Shown here piece by piece: positions 28,193-41,777 of a DNA stretch of 64,000 bases. A program made the position numbers and the translations under genes. Positions within the stretch are counted from its first letter, which is position 1; every line of letters starts with the position of its first letter. Below the pieces are notes generated by a model. The model made no database searches. It was not told where the DNA came from and saw only the letters and a program-made list of their open reading frames with translations. The stretch comes from Eledone cirrhosa (Eukaryota), in the NCBI GenBank assembly GCA_964016885.1, contig OZ024740.1, forward strand, positions 85,002,001 through 85,066,000, read 5' to 3'.

Positions 28193-29115
28193 AACCTCTA
28201 GAGTCACTGTCGCTACATGGAAAACACCCTCTATACATCCAAACACTACTATAACAATATCCTAGGAACTTCATCTCTCACTCAGCTCAGATAAGCATAA
28301 CAAATCATATACATAGCGAAAGAGCTGCAACATCCATAGCTTCACTGGTCTGAAATATTGTGCTTAGGGCATCAAGAGAAGGGCTCTGTTTTAGTAAAAT
28401 TAAATGTATTTGTCACTTTGACAGACTTTATATATAGGATGAGGGTTGGGGCATAATCTTTTTAGAAAGAGTGCAACATGTTCAGTGTATCATACTGCTG
28501 CCTTATACAATGCATTGCAGCATATTGAAGTATGAAATGTGGTTTTAATCTAGATCAGGGGTCTTATAACCAAGGACTCAAAAGGGCCATTATGTCTTGG
28601 GTAAGAGGCACAGCAGGCCAAAGGTGGGATGATTGGAGGGGGGGGGGGGGGTCATCATTTCTACCAGTTATAATGCTAATTTGCAATGCAGCTGATTAAT
28701 TTTTTTTCATCAAAATCAATATGCATATGATAGTAAGTAGGATATGCACTCCTGGGGAGAGTTTTGGAGCAAGGGGGTGTCAGGGTATGCTAGGGGTGGG
28801 CACTGGAAGGCTCTTTACTTTGGTAAGTTTTATTAGCCATATTTGTATGTCTCTGAGACAGCCAGTGTGAATGCATTTGAATGGAGCATGCAGACAGCAT
28901 AACTATGGACTGACCGCAATTGAGATCCTAAAAATGGAAAAACCCACAGTTGTTTGTTTTCTTCTCTCTTAGTTCTATTCCACATATCCACTGAATCCTT
29001 CTTATTTCCAGTCTTTCTAGCCTTCTTTGCAGCTCCAAGTTCACCTGTTTAGATGTTTTATTAACAAAGATGTGATGTTTGAAACAAAAACTGACTAATA
29101 AATATATATTTAGAA

Positions 29116-30601
29116 CAACGAATATAGTGAAGAGTTTAGCGTAAAAGTCGGCGTCCATCAGGGCTCTGTTCTCAGTCCACTACTATTTATTATTGCCCTT
29201 CAGGCCATAACAGAGGAGTTCAAGACAGGCTGCCCATGGGAACTCCTATACGCAGACGACCTGACACTCATAGCGGAATCAATGGCCGAGCTAGAGAAGA
29301 AATTCCAAACATGGAAGCACGGCCTAGAGTCAAAAGGACTTAAAATTAACCTGGCTAAGACCAAAGTACTAGTTTGTAGGAAAGAAAACAAGGCGGCGGT
29401 CCCTTCTGGGAAATGGTCGTGCTCGGTGTGTAGGAAAGGCGTAGGTAGAAACTCCATTTTATGCCCTAAATGCAAAGTATGGGTGCATAAAAGATGTAGT
29501 GGGATCACAGGTAGGCTAACTAAGAACATAGATTTTACATGTGGCCGGTGCTCTGGTGCAATAAGTAGCAGCAAGTGCCCACAAACTACTAGCTCTTTCA
29601 ATTGCGCAGAGGGTTCTATAGAAATAGTGGACAGCTTCCGTTACCTGGGCGATAAAATCAGCAGTGGGGGAGGGTGCTCTGAAAGTACTGTAGCTAGAGT
29701 CAGAACTGGTTGGAAAAAGTTCAGAGAGCTTATACCACTATTAGCTGCTAAAGGGTTCTCACTAAAAATGAAAGGCAGGTTGTACGATGCCTGCATACGA
29801 ACAGCAATGCTGCATGGCAGTGAGACCTGGGCATTGTGTGCAGAGGATATACGCAGACTAGAGAGGAACGAAGCTTGCATGCTCCGCTGGATGTGTAACA
29901 GTAATATACGTGAACGGCAAAGCATAAACGAACTAAGGAATAAATTAGAGATAAGAGGGATCAGATGTTGTTTACTCGAGAGAAGGCTACGTTGGTATGG
30001 ACACGTGATGCGCATGAAAGTCGATAGCTGTATAACAAAGTGCAGGGCAATAAAGATAGACGGTAGTCACGGAATAGGCAGACCTAGAAAAACCTGGGAC
30101 GAGCTGATAAACTCCGACATCACACACTTACACCTCTCCAAGACAATGTCACTGGACCGAGACCTTTGGCGGTACTCAGTAACAGAGAAGACCCGCCTTA
30201 CCTAAATATATAGTAAAACCTACTCCAGCCAGTAGGCATCTCTAACAAATACACCCCGTCCCACCACCCCCACCCGATCCACACCCCCCCGTTCTATGTA
30301 AAGTTATGTTGGTGCCGCGCCATCGAGGCCGAAACAAATGAGATCGTGTAGGTGTCACGACAAAAAAAACACACAGTCCACGCTGTAATGTGGCCGTGTA
30401 GGCAACACGGTAAAAACCTCCCAGACCCACACTGTAAATGTGGTTGGTGTTAGGAAGGGCATCCAACTGTAGAAAACCTGCCAGACAGTCCTATGCGAGC
30501 AAGACAATCACTCTTGCCTCAAGTGGGACTACCCCCGTCCAAACCCATGCAAGCGTGGAACACGGACGTTAAACGCTGATGATGATGATGATGATGATGA
30601 T
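29116..30601 (+). mobile_element. RTE-A LINE, 5'-truncated young copy
   Basis: Open frame through YADD, the PHD-like finger and the C-terminus (ORF 29282-30205), with complete 3' UTR and (GAT)n tail. Confidence 0.96.
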
Positions 30602-32044
30602 ATAATATTAAAGAATTATTTTGAAAAAAACAATTAGTGTGTGTGTTATTGTGCTTCAATTCTTGTGACAATGTAGTTAACATTCCTCAGTTTTGTTTAA
30701 TATTAGTGTGTGTGTGTGTGGCAATGGTAAGGCTAAGGAATGTTGTCTATATTGTCACTAGAGTGGCTAGACTACTTAGTTTGAATTTATTACTTTAGCA
30801 GTAACACACAGCTTGACAGATATACACTTCTTATTGAATTTCACTTCTCTGATGAGATAACAGAGAGTTGTCATAAATTCATCTAATTGACACTGACAAT
30901 GAAAATAGTTATCATCAGCAACACCATTGCTTTTACATTTTGTTCATGCTGGCATGGGTACATGGGACTCTGAGGCAATGTTCTACAGCCAGATGCCTTT
31001 CCTGACACCAACCCTTTTAGTCACTTCTTCTGACACACGGTGTTACAATAAAATGTGTACATACATTTATATGCATGTGTTTGTGAGTATAGACATACAC
31101 ATACATACATATATATGCTTGTGAAGACGAGTTATGCCTTTAGGCAAATTACACAAATATAGTGCGCAAGGACTTAGCCAATGGAGAGAAATAGTAAAAC
31201 AGAAGAGAATAACAAGGACTGTAGTCCAATGTGCAGACAACGAAGGACACTGAGGCATAGAAAATGTAAGAATAGAGAAAACAAGCTGGGTAGTGTGATG
31301 TCTATTATATGACAGTTTAAAAAAAAAGCCCACAAGACTAAGTCTTTAGAATATAAATTCATCCACAGGTAAAAGACAATGGAAAAAACAACAGAAAGAT
31401 GGTCAGTCCCATCTCCTCAGTCAACCTCTGGAAATAACTATGGTTTCGCAGTGTCTGTCATATTAGGTTGCTAAAAGAATTGAAAACATTTCCATCTTAT
31501 CTCAGCAGGGAAAAACAGACACAAAAACGATGATAATGATGATGTTGCATTAGTGTGCTGAAAAGAAGACTGATCTAGCATGGATATATGTGAATGGTTG
31601 AAAAGATGTGTTTTAGACTGAAGATGATGTGGCTAAAGGTGGCGATGTTAGAACTCAAGATGCTGTGCTTCATAAATGAGTAGATGTAGGATGAAGATGA
31701 GTGGTAATATGTTATATAGCAGACCTGTCCAACCCATTTCATGATATGGGTCTTTAAAAACCAACTGGCACAAAACAACTTCTGTTAAAGTGTTCAAATT
31801 TAAATTGAAACCATGGGCTGAAATCTCATAATTATTTAACAGATAAGGGTGATGGATTGGCTGAGTCAGTGTTGGACAAATGCTTAGCAATGTTTGATTT
31901 GGTTCTCTAATTTTAATTTGAATCCTATGAAGCAACTTTGCCTTTCATCCCTCTGGGGTTGATAAAATAAAGTGCCAATCAAGTACTGGAGTCAAGCTAA
32001 TCGACTTTCCCTTCCTCTCAAAATTGTTGGCCTTGTGCCTAAAT

Positions 32045-32280
32045 CAGAAAAGTGCCCAGTCCACACAGTAAAGTGGTCGTTTTGGTGCCATGATAAAAAA
32101 ACCCACCCAGTCTACACTGTAAATGTGGTTGGCATTCAACCGTAGAAACCAAGCCAGAAATAGTTCTGTATGAGCAAGACAGTCATCTGATCTGACTTTT
32201 CTCACAATGGGACAACTCATCGAACACATGCTAGCCTAGAAAAATGGACGTTAAGCAGTAATGATGATGCTGATGATGAT
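32045..32280 (+). mobile_element. RTE-type 3' UTR fragment with (GAT)n tail (similar at 27120-27375(-), 50410-50835, 58990-59295)
   Basis: Contains CCACACAGTAAAGTGG, CATGCTAGC and GGACGTTAA..GATGAT motifs. Confidence 0.75.
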
Positions 32281-35200
32281 ATATACCAAATATTGTTATA
32301 TTTCAGTAGTCTTTTGTTATTGAGTCAGTTATTTCACTAAACCTCTCATAATTCTTGATTATTTTGATAATTAAAACACAAAGGCAATATAAATATATTG
32401 TTGTTTGAAATATACTCAGAAAAGAGTTAACACAGTATCAGTAAGATCCTGTTGATGAAACAGTTGCTACAATTCATTTGTTGATATCCAACTTTATAAT
32501 CCACTCTTTAAAACAAAATCTATTCATCTATTCTCATTAATCCTTACTTTGGGCAATGGATGTCATAACTGCTAGAAACACAAAATATACCAACATTGCT
32601 GATTGTTAAAGTTACCCCCACTCTCTCTACACCTGGAATCTGGAATACATACAATTGAAGAATTTCTTTTCATTCAAGCTGCTTTAATTCTTTTCATCTA
32701 AGTATTGTTCTGTCAATGGTAACAAACTCTGCCATCTGATGTTAGGTTAAATAAGTAAATAAATATAATAAGAACAAAAGACAAAACAAACATCTGATTA
32801 GTTTTTTATTGTTCTGTTTGAACAAGCAATCCTCCCAACATTGTTTCTTTTCAACTCAATTCTGTTGTTTGCTCTCTAGCAACTATTATTATTCAAACCT
32901 TCTGCTTCAAACTGTCATGTTATATACATTTCTCAGTTAATTGTCTCCCCTTCTCCTCACCTCTCCACTTTCCAGTATAGTTGTTTGGCTAGACAACTGG
33001 AACATTTCTTTATCGTATCTCACTGAAAACAGCATTTTTGGAATGATAATCTATCTAGTTCTTACTGTAGACACACCACATTACACGCACACACAGAGTT
33101 GTCAGATGAGATTAGTTTAAATACTCATTTATTATAGGTAAGTAGTGAGTCTTGTTACCATAGAGTTGCACCTGCACACAAGCAGGATCATCATACAAGT
33201 TATGGCTGACTGAACATGCATGCATGTTTCTTTCTCAATATTTTCTTCCATTCCTTTCTATTTCATCTTTTATTTCTCATTCTATTTTCTGATGAAGGAC
33301 TAGTGTATGAAACATTAAGACTCTTTTCCTATTATTTCAAGCATTAAACTAATAGGTTTCTTCATTGTACTGTGTTGTTTGCTTTGTTATTTCTGTTTAC
33401 TTTTTACGTACATGCATATATATATGCTTAAATTTGGTTGTTCACCACTGGGTAGAATTGGTCTTTCCTCGAAGTAAATCATGATGTAATATTATGAAAG
33501 CACTCAACATTATGTATCTCATCCATCATTGATGTTGAATCTTGTTTGTGGTGCGGGAATGGAGTTAAATTATATTGTAGGGTAAAATGACAGGAGGCCG
33601 GACAGGTTGTATTCCTTGAAATTCTTTTTTACTGCAAACACTATGCACATTTCAGTGACCAGGTTACGTATGAACCTAGTGACATCATCAGGTGTATAAT
33701 TGCATAATAGTTAGGAAGAAACATGTTATCTGTATGGTACAACATTGTAATAATAGATTCATTGTATTGTTTTATTGTATAATGTTAGTGTTTTTCTAGC
33801 ACTTGTAGCAAATAAAATGCTGTGCTTAGAATTCATGAAACATTGTACTATCAACCTGACCTATTTCTTTTATTCTTTTACTTGTTTGTCATTAGGCTGC
33901 AGCCACCGCTAGAGCATTGCTTTAGTTGATCATATCAACCCATTACTCTTCTAAAACTCTTTTTCTAAAACTGCCAACTTATGGGACATAAACATGAACA
34001 CACGCACACACGTACGTACATACGTACGTACGTATGTATGTATGCATACATGTATATGATGGGGTTCTGCAGTTTCCATCTACCAAATTCCACTCACAAG
34101 GCATTGGTCAACCCATGGCTGTAGTAGAAGAGCCATGTGGTTGCTAAGCGAATTCCTTAACAATACATCCATATCTGTGTTCTAAACACTAGCTTAATAA
34201 TGAAAATATTTAGTATATTAGCTATATACTAAACCCCTCAAATCTTCATTAGTTTTAAAATTATTTGAATATGATAAGCAGTGTCTTGCATTAAAAATGT
34301 GGAAATATTCTAATGAAAGTGTTAAATCAGTTAGAGAATTTGGTCTAACTACTGTTTACAGAAACTTTCCACTTTAATTTGTGTATATCTAGCATGTAAA
34401 TTCTTTATGTATGTATGTACATATATACACACAGACACAGTCATTTAAAATCGTTCAAAAGTATTTCATTATATAAATCCCCAAGAGGTTGGGTGGAATA
34501 ATTCAGAGATATCTAATTCTATTTCTTCTCACCCTCCATGGCTTAAATACCACTGGTAATATTGTTAGCTGTTTACATTTTAACTCTAGCCCTGTCCCTC
34601 ACTAACCGTCCTTTTTCTACATACACATGCACAATAACATGTATATATATATGTGTGTGTGTCTGCCAAAAATATTACTCCCTTGTTTCTGTGTGACCTT
34701 TTCAGTAGATAACATTAGATATCAGACATGTTGTAAAGGCCAGCCAGCCAGTCTTACATATTGCCTTCTAGTAGTGTCCAGTTATCAACCCCCCCCCCTT
34801 CCACTACTGCACTCTGACATCTGATTGTTTATTCTCTGGCTGTCCTTGACTGCAACAAGAGGAGAAAATAGTGAGCTGCCATCTTGATATGATATTCCAC
34901 ACAAGGGCTTGGTATTTGGATGAAATCAATGTAACATTTGCTTTAGTTATTGGTTATATGGCATCTGTCTTGATTTAACACAGCCCTCCTACAATTTTGG
35001 TTACTGAAGGAGTCTGAGACTTTCCTTGTTCTACGTTGCTCAGTTCTTACCCTCATGATGATGACCAGCTGTAGTTGCGTTGCTATGATCATCGATCGAC
35101 AAGATCCTAGACCTCATTCGCTTACTGACCAAAGAAACAATATTTCCATTGGTCTTTCCAATTGCTAATGCTATCTACCAGATGCAACTCCTGGCAGAAG

Positions 35201-36156
35201 GAGCAACAGGAAATAGTGTGTTGCTCAAGGACATAAAGCATCACATGGTCTGAGAATCAAACTCACAACCTCATGATTGTGAATCCAATTCTCTAACCAC
35301 TAACGTGGCACGTTGCTATAGATGTCCAAATATAAAAGTGAAATAACCAAGTAGATATGTTATTGGTCTACCTTCTTGTAGGTCTTGAGTTCAAATTCAC
35401 TAAAGCTATTTTATTGTTTTTATTGTACACTTCAGTTTCTGCATTACGCTGGTTCACCTAGCACACTGATTACCAAAGTGGGTGCTGCTTCTCTTATGTG
35501 GACACTGGAAGACCCAAGGAGATGGGTACTGAAGGAGCGGTGTTGTTGGAAGGCAAGGGGTGGTGAGGGAAGAAAGGGTCGAAGAATTCAAATTAGAAGC
35601 TTCTCATAAAACTGTCACCAAGTTCTACAATAAATGCTGAAATAGAATAAAGAATTATTAAAATTTCAATTTCAATGTATAATTTCTTTTATCAAATTTA
35701 CATTCAAGTGTGGTGAGGCATTGTTACAGGATAGTGTGGGGGTCCCGATAAAATATATTCCCCAAAAGGGTGATAGTTTGAAGAGTTTGTGAAACTCTGA
35801 CCTAGTGTTTGCGTCTAGGTATCAGAATAGGGCAGTATTCTATCCAAGTATAATTTATCTTAATCATAGAAGTTCGTGAAACCTCAAACCCAACCCTAAC
35901 CCACAACAATATATTTAGATATATGCAGTTGGAAAACTGTCTGTGTTGCAAATGTTCTATAGTCCAAAGTCAGTTCTGATCCAGCAGACCCATGGTCAGC
36001 TATTCCAACCAAAAATGTCATTATTTTTATTTTTTTTTCACAATATATATAGAAGTGCATTATCTGTCTTCTTTATTTTTATTTTTTATTTTTATTATAA
36101 GACAGTAGGATGTGATTTGAGGGAGATTTGGCTGCTATTTCTAGCAAGTCTTGTGA

Positions 36157-36179
36157 CAACACACACACACACAGACACA

Positions 36180-36230
<51 letters not shown>
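36157..36230. repeat. (CA)n microsatellite
   Basis: Seen directly. Confidence 0.95.
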
Positions 36231-36232
<2 letters not shown>

Positions 36233-36766
36233 TCTCTCTCCAAAATGTTATTTGACTCATGTAATGGGTCTAAGGTTCATCTCATCCCTCCCTCCTATGT
36301 GTATTTTCTATTGACAGTTGTAGGTTAAGAACAAGTTAGGGTGAGTCAAGAACTGTTACCAGCACTCCATCATTTACTTTTACTGAAGCCCATGTGTAGG
36401 ATATTCAGGTCAACTTGCATAATAACCTTCACATGATACAGAGGGGGCGAGGATAATGGATAGAAGTGTATTAGATTTATAGAAAATCTTTTATTGAGCT
36501 ATTTTACAAATTATATGCCTTATGCTAAAATTTGAATTATTATTATCCACAGCATAACAGCATGAACACAGTCCAATGACTGAAGCGAGTAAAGGAAACA
36601 TATATAGCAGCTTCAACGTATGTTTTGCTTATGAAAAATAGTCTAAGCCCCAGGAGAGATTAAAGTGGAGGGACTCGAATGTCTAGTGGTATGCCCAACT
36701 TGTGCAATTTTTCATAGTCAAAACTTGTATTGAAGCTGTTATACTCTGGAGTATTGGTATAACAAT

Positions 36767-36953
36767 GAAGTAGACGCTTGTAGGTTAGAATTTACCTCAT
36801 TTTATTGATTGCATAATCAATGTTATACGTATTTTGATAGTAATTATGTAACAGTTACCTCATCAAACAGTAAAATTATACCATCGAAATATGTATAACA
36901 GTGATTAAGTAATCAATAAAATTAGGTAAATTCTAACCTACTGGCTTCTACTT
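36767..36953. repeat. Foldback / MITE-like inverted repeat, ~80-bp arms
   Basis: GAAGTAGA..GTAGGTTAGAATTTACCT.ATTTTATTGATT pairs with AATCAATAAAATTAGGTAAATTCTAACCTAC..TCTACTTC across a ~30-bp spacer. Confidence 0.85.
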
Positions 36954-37039
36954 CCTTGTGTATGTATGTATGTATATATATATATATATATATAATTGAA
37001 GTTTGGTTTACATGTATTAGATTTTTTATTGTGTATCGA

Positions 37040-37128
37040 CCTGTTACGTATGTTTTGCTGAGGATTGACTCAGGTCACCCATAGGAGTTATGGACGTTAC
37101 TCCATTATTGATCTGCTCATCAGACTAG
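37040..37128 (-). ncRNA. Degenerate type I hammerhead motif (one core substitution)
   Basis: Minus strand reads GT-CTGATGA-GCAGA...TCAGC-AAAAC-ATAC-GTA-AC. It lies between TA-rich microsatellites. Confidence 0.5.
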
Positions 37129-37709
37129 TGATGTGACAAAAAATATACTGTGTATGTATGTATGTGTATGTATATCTATCTATCTCTCTCTCTATATATA
37201 TATGTACGTGTGTGTGTATATATATATAGTGGTGGTAAGAAACTCTCAGGAGAGCTGGACAGCAGAAGGTCTTCAGAGGAGAAATCCTCCTCAAACAAGT
37301 GTTTCAGCCTTCATATATATAAATCTCTCTTTCTATATATATATATATATGTATGCTTATATATATGTGTATGTATGTGTGTGTGTATGTATATATGTAT
37401 GTATGAATGTATATATGTATGAATGTATATATGTTCAAGGATAGTGAAGCATACTTATTGCTCAGTCTCCCTGTGGGAGCACTTTTCAGGTAAAATCTAA
37501 TAATTCTAATTTTAGCATGAGACTTTCAATTTGTAAGGAGATAATCAATTGAACTGGTACTTAATTGCTCCTGCCCCCAATCCCGGAAGGATCAAAGGCA
37601 AAGTTGATAGGAGTAGACTATAAATTATTCTACACATGAAAGACCTGGGAAGAGGTGGTAGAAGCTGATCTCAGGATGCTGAACAAAGGAGATGACAAAG
37701 TAAGGAAAC

Positions 37710-37882
37710 ATGTGGAATGTGGATGTTGTGGGGGGGGGGGGGAGAAGTGGAGTGTGGATATAGTAGGAAAAACAAGTGGAGTGTAGATGTGGTGGGATAC
37801 ATATGTAGTGCATGTTGTGGGAAAAACAAGTGGAGAGTGGATGTTGTGGGAAAAACAAGTGGGGAATGGATGTTGTGGGATA
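37710..37882. repeat. Degenerate ~30-bp tandem repeat within an old RTE 3' end
   Basis: GTGGATGTTGTGGGAAAAACAAGTGG recurs, preceded by RKTWEEVV-like codons at about 37638. Confidence 0.6.
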
Positions 37883-39077
37883 AAAATAAAAAAGCCCTGC
37901 TGATCCCTGCAAGTGTAGAAAAATAGATGTAAAAACCAATGATGATAATGATGGTGATAGGTAACTCTCCTCCTCAAGATATTTAGTCCAGCAGCATTCT
38001 GGTGTTTCTACCACTTGTAATTATTGTTTCTATTGTTGGCACAAGACCAGCAATTATTTTATCGACCTTTCGTAAGGATGAAAGGCAAAGCTAACCTCGG
38101 TGGGATTTGAACTCAGAATGTAAAGGGTTGTAAGTCTATGCTGTAAAGAATGTTGTTCGATGCTCTACCGATTACTGCTAGTCCACTGCTCTCTCTCTAC
38201 CACTTCAAATTATAATAATTTCTTACATTGGCACAAGGCTACCAATTTGTAGAAGGAGAGTTGAACGTTAACCCATGAGCATTTAAAATGGCCATATCCG
38301 GCCAGAATTCTCTCAGTTCTTTTTGTTCACACTGGCCATAGCCAGCTGTTCATACTGACATTAAGGTATTGTTCTCAAAATAAATAACATCATCAAAATC
38401 TCATAGATTCCATATTATATGAGATAATTATGTGAGATAAAGTGTTACCCATGAAAATATAATAGAGTAATGTAAATGCTAAAGGGTTAAATATATCAGG
38501 TATTTTTATCAACCACAGAGGAATGGAAAGCAGAGATGAATAATAATAATAATAATCTATTTATTTTCCTTAAACATTAAAGAACAGTTGGGGTTTTGAA
38601 TTGGGTATGAGAATTCTAACATAAGGAATGGCTAGAAGTTATTGGGGAGGATTCAGTCAATTAAATCAACTCCAGTACTTGACTGCCATTTATTTTATCT
38701 TTATCTATCTCAGAAGTCAAACCCGGCGGGATTTTTACTGAGAACATAAATAATAATAATAATAATAATTAGCGCTGTGCCAGAGGAAGCAGGCAGCAAA
38801 AGGCTGTAAGGCAACCTTTGAAATAGCTGCTAATTAACGAACATGGTGTTAGGGGCTGTAAGAAATTTGTTAGTAATCAAAGTCACCCAGAATGGTAGTG
38901 CAATGTGATGGTTTTACATTCACTGAACTTAGCTTGCTTCTGTGTGTGTAGGGTGAGTGGATGGGTGCGTGGGGTTTTAGTTAATGTTCAGTGAGGCACA
39001 TCTAACATGATAGAGAACCAGGCAATAGAGCTGATAATAGCAAGAATTCTCCATCCTAGGTTAGATAGTACATCATA

Positions 39078-39305
39078 TGAGTAAATACTTGTAAGTACTT
39101 ATTTGTGTATATATGTGTACATACTTGTAAGTACTTATTTGTGTATATATGTGTACATACTTGTAAGTACTTATTTGTGTATATATGTGTACATACTTGT
39201 ATGTACGTCTTTGTGTATATATGTGTACATACTTGTATGTACGTATTTGTGTATATATGTGTACATACTTGTAAGTACTTACTTGTGTATATATGTGTAC
39301 ATACA
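39078..39305. repeat. 36-bp minisatellite, about 6 copies
   Basis: Unit GTACTTATTTGTGTATATATGTGTACATACTTGTAA. Confidence 0.95.
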
Positions 39306-39619
39306 TTCATATGCACTAATTTTTCCAAATACTCATGAGTTTAAGAGATAAGAGGTAAAAAAAAACAATGTAAATAAACTTAAATAACCTTTATATTTTT
39401 AAAGCTCCATTTTATATGAATTTGGGACTTTTACTTAGTAAAAAGGGGCCAAGCCTAGTGGGATGCCCTGTTTACTAGGAAATGGTGAAGTATGAATAAA
39501 TTAACATTCAGTAAACTACGGAAGTTATGACAGAAAGTAGTTCCACACAAGGTGTCATGGATCTTAATGGAGCCCCAAGCATGCTCCTAGCTGCTGATAC
39601 GGTCATACCCTTGGCTACT

Positions 39620-41250
39620 GGGGTCCTCCTGTTCACCCTTGGTATTGACCACATCGCCCGGAGTATCACGGCCCCTCTCAACATTTGGTATCTGGATGAT
39701 GCTACGATGGGCGGGCCCGTACGGACGGTCTGCCATGACCTTCAATCGGTGATTCCTGCCCTGGCGGCAATCGGCCTCCAGGTCAACTCTGCCAAGTCGG
39801 AGGTGGTGAACGTCAGCCTTGATGCGAGCTTTGCAGCCTCCATCTTTGAGATGCAGTCCATTCTCCGCCAGGTTCAGGTGACCCCCTCAAAGAGGATGTC
39901 CTCATCCTCGGGTCACCGATCCACCCGCAGGCCATCTGCTCCACCATCAGGTCCAGGCTTCAACAGCTCCAGATTCTCACGAGCCGACTGGGCTTGATTG
40001 ACAGCCACCCAGCTCTCTTTCTGCTGAGGAACTGCTTCGCCATGCCGAGGCTCCTCTATACACTCCGCAGCGCTTCATGCTACACCCAGACATTTCTCCT
40101 CGCTGACCTCGATACTTGTATCCGAGCAGCAGCTGAGGGGATATGCAACGTCAAGTTTGACGACATAGGGTGGCAACAAGCCACTTTACCAGTCAGGTAT
40201 GGCGGCCTTGGCCTCCGGTCCCCGATCTCACTAGCTTTGCCGGCGTATCTTTCGTCGGTAACCTCGTGCCGCGTCCTCGTCAGCAGGGTTCTTCAAAACA
40301 CAACAGAACCCTCTGTGTTCAGAGAACGTGAGGCCGCCTGTGAGATGTGAGACCGGCTGGGACTTAGCCCAGTAGACATCCCTCCTCCTTCTCCCCCTGT
40401 TGACGTCAAGTCCCCCCAACGCACTTGGGATGCCATCCAGTGCAGCCTGGCATCAGACAGGCTCACGCGCCAACTTGACCAGCACCGCCTTGCTTGTTTT
40501 CGTGTGGCCTCCAAACCCCACAATGGTGCCTGGCTCCATGCCCTGCCCTCCTCCTCCACTGGCACGCAGCTAGACAACCATAGCCTGTGAATCGGTGTTT
40601 CCCTGAGGCTTGGCCTCCGGATCTGCCAGCCACACCAATGTCGCTGCGGTTCCACTGTGGACTCTTTCGGCCTCCACCCGCTTTCCTGTCGCCACAGTGC
40701 CGGCTGCATTCCATGCTGCCCTCAACGAGGTCATTAAGCATGGCTTTCCAGCTCGAGCCGGTAGGGCTGGATCAAGGGGACGGCAAAAGGCCAGATGGCA
40801 TGACCATCTTCCCGTTCCACTGTGGCAAACCCCTCGTCTGGGATGCTATTTGCACCGACACTTTCTGCAGCCGCAACCTGGTGCAGTCTGCGACTGACCC
40901 AGGTTCTGCTGCACGTCAAACTGAGGGGGCCAAACTCCTCAAATACTGGTCGCTCTCCGACAGATTTGCGGTCGTTCCCCTGGCAGTAGAGACTTCTGGT
41001 GTCCTCAGCCCCAGGGCTACCTCCTTACTCGCCACCATAGGCGCTGAGCTGGCCAGCCACAGGTGGGAGCCCCGCGAGTTGGAGTGGCTTTTCCAGCGCG
41101 TCTCCCTTGCCGTCCTTCAGGGAAACACCTTCTCCATTCTATCCGCCGGGGCTGTGGGTGGGCCCCATCGCATACCAATACATTAGTTAAATACCATTCT
41201 TTCATCTGATATATCTCTAAATTATATTTTGTACAATATCTTTGTTTGTA
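39620..41250 (+). mobile_element. CRE-clade non-LTR retrotransposon (RT with YLDD, CCHC finger, restriction-like endonuclease), 5'-truncated and decayed
   Basis: GC-rich island. Peptides [78 protein letters not shown] and LFQRVSLAVLQGN. Stops and frameshifts are present. Confidence 0.88.
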
Positions 41251-41777
41251 GCACCCTTTGAACCTAAATTACAACTGGGTGTATCCTTCCACCCCTCAGT
41301 CATTCATAGATACTATTAGTTGGAAAGATAATTATTTTGCCATTTGCAATGTATATTTATCACAGCTGTAGAGTATACAAAAATTACCATTTTTATATAG
41401 ATAAAATGGGTGGGTGATGAGCAATTGAACAGAAAATGGTGAGTGATTGGACATTTTGTGGCTGATATAGGATTTTGATATGCTACCCACAAAAAAAAAT
41501 TTTCAAAGGTGATATGCAAAGAGCCTGTATAAAAAACCATCAAAACTGGAGGCTAAATGGGAATAATTAACCAGCAACAAACATTTACCACACAATTTTG
41601 GTATGTTTTTGAATATATACTATACAAGTGGTTGGTGGAAAATATTTTTATGTAAAAGCGTGCGATCACACAAAAAAAAGTTGAGAAGCCCTGCTTTAGA
41701 GGTATCTGCTTGGAGGTGACAAGATAATCAAAAGCACAATGTGTTGTTTCAATCAATAATTATACTGAGCAAAAGTA

